Source: an uncultured Verrucomicrobiota bacterium
Lineage (GTDB): Bacteria; Verrucomicrobiota; Kiritimatiellia; PWTM01
Direction of reading: 5' to 3'
DNA length: 64,000 nucleotides
Assembly: GCA_964610105.1 (NCBI GenBank)
Contig: CAZSUU010000015.1
Coordinates: forward strand, 11,600-75,599
Shown piece by piece: positions 59,075 to 64,000 of the stretch. Position 1 is the stretch's first letter. Each line of letters starts with the position of its first letter. The notes below the pieces were generated by a model. The model was not told where the DNA came from. It worked only from the letters and a program-made list of their open reading frames with translations, and did not search any database. A program made the position numbers and the translations under genes.

Positions 59075-61720
59075 GTGCACTCGATCGAGATACCGGGATA
59101 CGAATTGCTCGAGCCGATCGGCGAGGGCGGGATGGCGCTCGTCTACAAGGCGAAGCAGCGCTCGCTCGAACGGATCGTCGCCGTCAAGATCCTGCGCCCC
59201 GACCTGACCTCCGATCCGACCGCGGTCGTGCAGTTCAAGCTTGAGGCCAACTCCGTCGCCAACCTCAAGCACCCGAACATCCTGATGATCCACGAGGCGG
59301 GCTCCACCGAAGGCGTCCATTACTTCATCATGGAGTACGTCTCCGCCTACAGCGTGTCGACCTGGCTTCAGCGCAAGGGGCGGCTGACGGAAAGCGACGC
59401 CCTGACCGTGGCCGACGCCGTGGCGCGGGCCCTGCAGTACGCCTGGGAGAAGGCGGGGCTGGTTCACTGCGACATCAAGCCGGGCAACATCCTCGTCGAC
59501 GAGGATGGCGTGGTGAAACTGGCGGACTTCTCGGGCCTCAGCCGGACCAACCTGAGCGAAGAGGCCCAACTGCTGCAGGACGTCACGATCGGCACACCCA
59601 ACTACATGGCGCCCGAGCAGGTGCGAGGTTTTTCGACCCTGGATTTCCGGGCCGACATCTACGCGCTGGGCGCGGTGATCTACCACCTGGTGACGGGGCG
59701 GCTGCCTTTCGAGACCTGCACGGAAGAGGAGGCGATGCAGCAGCAGGTGGAGGGACACCTCGAGGATCCGCTCAAGCTCAACCCCGCGATATCCCCGCAT
59801 CTCGCCCTGCTGGTCGAGAAGATGATGGTCAAGGACCGCGACCAGCGGTACGGAAGCTGGGATGCGGTGGTGGCCGACATCGGCCGCGTGCGCGCGGATC
59901 AGGCGCCCAATCCGCCGCTCCCCTATCCCGGCTCCAGCACCGTTCGGCGCGAAATGCCGGCCGCGACGGTGCCCCGGCCCGCGCCGGCGCCGAGATTCGC
60001 GGGATCGTCGGTGTTCGCGCCGGTCGGTGTCACGCCAGCCCAGGCCGCCTCCATCGCCCCGCATCCCATCGGCACCCGCGCCCGCCGCCGCAAGCTTCTC
60101 TTCCTCATTTCGCTCGCCGCCGTCCTGCTGCTGCTCGACGTGGGCCTGATCTCGGTCGGGCTGGTGCGCAAGCACCGGACGCGTCCGCCGAAGCCGCCCG
60201 TCCCCGGGATCGCGGCCACCAACGCGACGCCCCTCCCGCCGCCGACCGCGGTGGCGGTCGTCGCTCCGGACCCCGAACCGACCCCCGTGCCTCCGCCCCC
60301 GCCGGCCGTCACCCCCACCGGCACACCGGTGGTGGCGGCCGTCCAGACGCAGGCGGTCGACGCGGCTGCGTCCAATGGGCTGCCGGCCACGGCCGTCGTC
60401 GCCGCGACGGACACCAACGCCGCGGGGACTTTCACGGGGTTGGTGGTCTCGGCCACGAACGGAGTGGCGGCGGCCACGAACGCGGCCGCGCTACCGCCCC
60501 CTGCCACCTCCACCACGGGGGGGACCGCGGTCGCGGCGTCGCAGGCCGAGAGCCAGCGCGAGCAGAAGCTGATGGAGCTGCGGGAGTATCTGAAGCTGGT
60601 GGTAAATGCCACCGGTCTCTGCCAGCGGCGCGCGTACGCGGCCGCCATCGCCGCCATGAAGGAATGGCATGACCGGAACACCCTGAATCCCCTTCGGGAG
60701 CAGGTGGCGAAGGACGTCGCCCAGCTGGAGCTGGTCGCCGCGCTTTACGCGCGGCTGGAAAACGTGCCCCGCATATCGCCGGGGATCGTCATCCAGGTCT
60801 CGCCGGAGCTGTCCGGCGAGGCGGCCTCCATCCACGGCGGCCGCGTGACGGTGATGCGGAGACTGGCGACCGGCACGGCCCAGTACGACGTCGAGCTGGC
60901 GCGCGTCTCCGACGCCGAGGTGGGGGCGTTGCTCCAGGCGCTCGACGCCCCCCAGCATCCCCTGAATCTTGCGCGCTTCCTGGCCGCGTCGGTCCAGTTC
61001 GACGCGGCCACCGCGCAGGCGGAACGGGCGTCGTCGGCCGGCCTGCCGGCCGATGACATCAAGGCATGGATCGCCGAGTGGGCGCGCGCCGTCCGGAACG
61101 TGCAGGCGGATCGGATGCTGGACGACATCAAGACGCTGACCGTCAACAGCCGGTATGCCGAGGCCGATGCCCAGATGAAGCGGCTGAAGAACATGTTCGC
61201 CGACAGCGATATCGTGCAATGGGGACGCACGGCGGAGATCGCCTCGCTCGACGAACTGCTGGAGCGCATGGCGGGGGTGGTCATGCCGGACGGGACGACG
61301 TCCTCCACCGGCGCGGTGGCCGGCACCACGTCCGACCCCACGACGCCCGCCACGGGGGAGGATCTCGACACGAGCGCCGACATCGTCACCCTGACCCCGG
61401 AGGAGCTGACCGAGGGCTTCGGGAGATACGACAAGAAGATCGTGCGCCTGCGGTTCCGCTTCAGGAGCGACATCGTCCGGGAGCTCGGCGGACAGAGCCG
61501 CACGGAGATCGGCATGCAGGCGCAGATACCGGGATTGAAGGTGGTCTTTCCCACGGACGCGGTCAAGTGGTTTCAAGGCGTGTCGCGGGTCATTTCGGTG
61601 GCCGACAACCGGGTGCGGGTCGTGTACGGAACGGTCGATGCGCAGACCCAGACGGTCCGGCTTCTCGGCCGCACGCGCAAGGCGCAGATGGGCGGCCTGG
61701 GGAGCGAGTTCAGTTGGTAG
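59075..61720 (+). CDS. membrane-anchored serine/threonine protein kinase with a Pro/Thr/Ala-rich extracytoplasmic linker and a C-terminal domain
   Basis: Hanks kinase subdomains: GEGGMALVYKAK with VAVK (I-II), HCDIKPGNILV (VIb), DFSG (VII) and PNYMAPE (VIII). A TM helix (LLFLISLAAVLLLLDVGLISVGLV) follows at about aa 340. GTG start. Confidence 0.75.
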   Translation: MHSIEIPGYELLEPIGEGGMALVYKAKQRSLERIVAVKILRPDLTSDPTAVVQFKLEANSVANLKHPNILMIHEAGSTEGVHYFIMEYVSAYSVSTWLQRKGRLTESDALTVADAVARALQYAWEKAGLVHCDIKPGNILVDEDGVVKLADFSGLSRTNLSEEAQLLQDVTIGTPNYMAPEQVRGFSTLDFRADIYALGAVIYHLVTGRLPFETCTEEEAMQQQVEGHLEDPLKLNPAISPHLALLVEKMMVKDRDQRYGSWDAVVADIGRVRADQAPNPPLPYPGSSTVRREMPAATVPRPAPAPRFAGSSVFAPVGVTPAQAASIAPHPIGTRARRRKLLFLISLAAVLLLLDVGLISVGLVRKHRTRPPKPPVPGIAATNATPLPPPTAVAVVAPDPEPTPVPPPPPAVTPTGTPVVAAVQTQAVDAAASNGLPATAVVAATDTNAAGTFTGLVVSATNGVAAATNAAALPPPATSTTGGTAVAASQAESQREQKLMELREYLKLVVNATGLCQRRAYAAAIAAMKEWHDRNTLNPLREQVAKDVAQLELVAALYARLENVPRISPGIVIQVSPELSGEAASIHGGRVTVMRRLATGTAQYDVELARVSDAEVGALLQALDAPQHPLNLARFLAASVQFDAATAQAERASSAGLPADDIKAWIAEWARAVRNVQADRMLDDIKTLTVNSRYAEADAQMKRLKNMFADSDIVQWGRTAEIASLDELLERMAGVVMPDGTTSSTGAVAGTTSDPTTPATGEDLDTSADIVTLTPEELTEGFGRYDKKIVRLRFRFRSDIVRELGGQSRTEIGMQAQIPGLKVVFPTDAVKWFQGVSRVISVADNRVRVVYGTVDAQTQTVRLLGRTRKAQMGGLGSEFSW

Positions 61721-61740
61721 CATCCGGCCGGTCTTCTCCC

Positions 61741-62595
61741 ATGAATGTCCCGGAATCCATGATGGCGCATCTCCTGCTCATCGCCGGTCGCGGGCTGTAT
61801 CCGGTGGAGCTGGCGCGCGCCGCCCGCCGTCAGGGCGTGCGACGGCTGTCGCTCATCGCGTTCCGCGGCGAGACGGACCGCGAGGTGGAAGGGCTGGCCG
61901 ACGATACCCGCTGGATTCACGTGGGGCAGCTCGGCGCGCTCCTCGACGCCGCCGGGCAGTGCGGCGCCCGCGACGCGGTGATGGCCGGCCAGGTGCGACC
62001 GACCCACATCTTCCGCGTCCGTCTCGACCGGGCCATGCTCGACCTGTTGAAGCGGCTGCCCGTCCGCAATGCTCACACCGTCTTCGGCGCGCTGGGGGAC
62101 GCCCTGTCCGCCCGCGGCATCACCCTCCGGCCCGCCTGGTGGTTCATGGAGTCGGCCATGCCGGCGGCGGGCCTGCTCGGCGGCCGCGCCCCGACGGAAC
62201 GCGAGCAGGCGGACCTCGACCTCGGCCGCAGGGTCGCCAAGGCGACCAGCGCGCTGGAGATCGGGCAGACGGTGGTCGTCAAGGAGGGCATCCTGCTGGC
62301 CGTGGAGGCGCTGGAGGGGACGGACGCGGCGATCCTGCGCGCCGGTCAGCTCGGCGGGCCGGGCGCCGTCGTGGTCAAGACGGCGCGAACCGGCCACGAC
62401 ATGCGGTTCGACATCCCGGTCGTCGGCCTCCACACCTTCCGCTCCCTTCGCCGCATCCGCGCCGCCGCGCTCGCCGTGGAGGCCGGCCGCACGATCCTGC
62501 TCGAGCGCGAGAAGCTCGCTCAGGAGGCGGCGCGGCTGGGGATGTGTTTCCTCGCGTTCGAGAGCGACAGGTCGTGCGAAGGGAGGGCGTCATGA
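61741..62595 (+). CDS. lpxI: UDP-2,3-diacylglucosamine pyrophosphatase LpxI (DUF1009)
   Basis: N-terminal LLLIAGRGLYP and the C-terminal LpxI fold. Start at internal Met 226 of ORF 61066..62595, 21 nt after the kinase stop. Confidence 0.7.
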   Translation: MNVPESMMAHLLLIAGRGLYPVELARAARRQGVRRLSLIAFRGETDREVEGLADDTRWIHVGQLGALLDAAGQCGARDAVMAGQVRPTHIFRVRLDRAMLDLLKRLPVRNAHTVFGALGDALSARGITLRPAWWFMESAMPAAGLLGGRAPTEREQADLDLGRRVAKATSALEIGQTVVVKEGILLAVEALEGTDAAILRAGQLGGPGAVVVKTARTGHDMRFDIPVVGLHTFRSLRRIRAAALAVEAGRTILLEREKLAQEAARLGMCFLAFESDRSCEGRAS

Positions 62596-63542
62596 GCGGA
62601 GCCAGGATCCGGGTCGGTGTCGTCGGCGTGGGCAGCCTGGGAGAACACCATGCGCGCCTGTACCACGAGATGGACGGCGCCGAGCTGGTCGGGGTCTATG
62701 ACGTCAATCCCGCCCGCGCCGCCGAGATCGCGACGCGGCACGCCACGCGGCCCTTCGATTCGCTCGAGGCGCTGGCCGGCGAGGTGGAGGCGGCCAGCGT
62801 GGTGGTGCCCACGGACCGTCACCGCTCCGTCGCCGGGCTTCTGCTGGAACGCGGCCGGCACCTGCTGGTGGAGAAGCCGATCGCCTCGACCACGCAGGAG
62901 GCCGAGGAGCTCTCCGCGCTGGCCGACAACCGCGGGCTGATCCTCCAGGTGGGCCACGTGGAGCGGTTCAATCCCGTGCTGGGCGTGCTCGAGCAGCTCG
63001 GAGGCCGTCCGCGGTTCATCGAGGCCCACCGCCTCGCCCCCTACCCCGCGCCGCGTCCCGGCCTTCCGCCGCGGGGCACGGAGGTCAGCGTCATTCTTGA
63101 CCTCATGATCCACGACCTCGAGGTGATCCTGCATCTGGTGCGTTCGACCGTCACGACCATCCATGCGGTCGGCGTGCCCGTCCTGAGCCCGAGCGAGGAC
63201 ATTGCCAACGTCCGGCTCGCCTTCGCGAACGGCTGCATCGCGAACATCACGGCCAGCCGCATCAGCCCGGAGCGCATGCGCAAGATCCGGGTGTTCTTCG
63301 ACGACGCGTACGTGTCGTTGGACTACATGAACCAGACCGGCGAGGTCCACCGCCGCACGGCCACGGGCATCGGCCGGAGCGACATCCCCATCGAGAAGGG
63401 CGAGCCCCTGCGGCTCGAGCTGGAGTCGTTCATCGACTGCGTGGCGCGCCGCGACGAGCCGCGCGTCGGGGGTCGTCAGGCCGCCGAGGCGCTCAGACTC
63501 GCGGTGGCGATCCATCGCCGGCTCGCCGAGGGCCCCTCATGA
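62592..63542 (+). CDS. Gfo/Idh/MocA family oxidoreductase embedded in the lipid A cluster
   Basis: Rossmann motif IRVGVVGVGSLG and the EKP motif. ATGA overlaps with lpxI upstream and lpxB downstream. Confidence 0.75.
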   Translation: MSGARIRVGVVGVGSLGEHHARLYHEMDGAELVGVYDVNPARAAEIATRHATRPFDSLEALAGEVEAASVVVPTDRHRSVAGLLLERGRHLLVEKPIASTTQEAEELSALADNRGLILQVGHVERFNPVLGVLEQLGGRPRFIEAHRLAPYPAPRPGLPPRGTEVSVILDLMIHDLEVILHLVRSTVTTIHAVGVPVLSPSEDIANVRLAFANGCIANITASRISPERMRKIRVFFDDAYVSLDYMNQTGEVHRRTATGIGRSDIPIEKGEPLRLELESFIDCVARRDEPRVGGRQAAEALRLAVAIHRRLAEGPS

Positions 63543-64000
63543 GCCGGTCCATCCTGGTGGTGGCCGGCGAGATCTCCGGCGACCTTCTCGCCGCCGGGGT
63601 GGTGCGGGCGGCGCGTGACCGCGGCCCTGCGGCGCGGTGGTGGGGGATCGGCGGCGACCGGATGCGGGGCGAGGGGGTCGAACTCCGCCATCACGTTCGC
63701 GAGATGGCGGTCATGGGCCTGTCGGAGGTGATCGCGCGCTACGGTTTCTTCCGCCGCGTCTTTCGCGACCTGCTTCGCGAGGTCGAGTCCAGCCGGCCCG
63801 ACCTCGCGCTGCTGGTGGACTACCCGGGATTCAACCTGCGCCTCGCCGCCGCGCTTCACGAGCGCGGCATTCGCGTCGTCTACTACGTCTGCCCCCAGGT
63901 GTGGGCCTGGCACCGCTCGCGCATCCCGCGCATGGCGCGGATCCTCGACCACCTGATGGCGATCTTTCCCTTCGAGCCGGCCGTGTTCGAGGGGACCGGC
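63539..64000 (+). CDS. lpxB: lipid-A-disaccharide synthase, N-terminal part (continues beyond the window)
   Basis: The frame is open to the window end. MSRSILVVAGEISGDLLAAGVVRA is the canonical LpxB N-terminus. Confidence 0.7.
   Translation, partial: MSRSILVVAGEISGDLLAAGVVRAARDRGPAARWWGIGGDRMRGEGVELRHHVREMAVMGLSEVIARYGFFRRVFRDLLREVESSRPDLALLVDYPGFNLRLAAALHERGIRVVYYVCPQVWAWHRSRIPRMARILDHLMAIFPFEPAVFEGTG

Overview
This is a high-GC (about 68%) bacterial chromosomal window with roughly 56 protein-coding genes and no rRNA, tRNA, CRISPR array or transposase that I can see. The PEP-CTERM protein, a sulfatase, Tat-signal Gfo/Idh/MocA enzymes, and LRR, ankyrin and Kelch repeat proteins suggest a PVC-superphylum-like organism, but this is not proven. 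Because of the high GC, most long antisense ORFs in the six-frame track are artefacts and were discarded wherever the opposite strand carries a recognisable homologue.

Gene content in order:
- 1..2445: the 3' end of an L-fucose isomerase gene and a secreted GH5 glycosidase.
- 2521..3117: rdgB.
- 3267..13323: a carbohydrate-catabolic cluster with two xylose-isomerase-like TIM barrels, two Gfo/Idh/MocA oxidoreductases (one with a Tat signal), a mannitol-dehydrogenase-like gene and a PfkB kinase transcribed divergently, a PIG-L/LmbE deacetylase, a NagB-like deaminase and a neutral-ceramidase-like protein.
- 13533..14822: a secreted SGNH hydrolase.
- 14979..17882: a solitary 967-aa SF1 (UvrD-like) helicase with a RelE/YoeB-like N-terminal segment and C-terminal ankyrin repeats.
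- 18766..22183: tlyA-nadK and an LRR lipoprotein.
- 22448..25184: larC, larB and a cytidylate-kinase-like gene, with no larA or larE in the window.
- 25474..32430: a complete F-type ATP synthase operon, atpZ-like followed by atpBEFHAGDC.
- 32631..40111: a sialic-acid-type locus with an AGE-family epimerase, a sulfatase, a NanA-like lyase, a NanM-like Kelch mutarotase fused to an SSS symporter, and a divergent GntR/PBP regulator.
- 40200..42176: a PEP-CTERM protein and a second, paralogous regulator with a perfect palindrome in the shared promoter region.
- 42271..46457: a carbon-nitrogen hydrolase, glpD and glpK.
- 46495..47072: a vapBC toxin-antitoxin pair in a lower-GC pocket.
- 47489..53860: a PQQ beta-propeller protein, paaK-ACT-paaK, and a GH76-like glycosidase.
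- 54100..58907: uvrD/pcrA, a NUDIX hydrolase, a dGTPase and trpD.
- 59075..64000: a membrane-anchored Ser/Thr kinase and lpxI-oxidoreductase-lpxB, with lpxB truncated at the window end.

Candidates for new biology:
- The solitary toxin-like/helicase/ankyrin protein, a possible single-gene defence factor.
- A roughly 18-nt motif around GGAGTCTGAGGCTTG that recurs in three intergenic regions, each downstream of a plus-strand gene stop.
- The larBC plus CMP-kinase-like module without larA or larE.
- The periplasmic sugar, inositol or ceramide-related cluster.
- The NanM-SSS fusion.

Frequent 4-nt start/stop overlaps (ATGA or GTGA) indicate translational coupling at several gene junctions.
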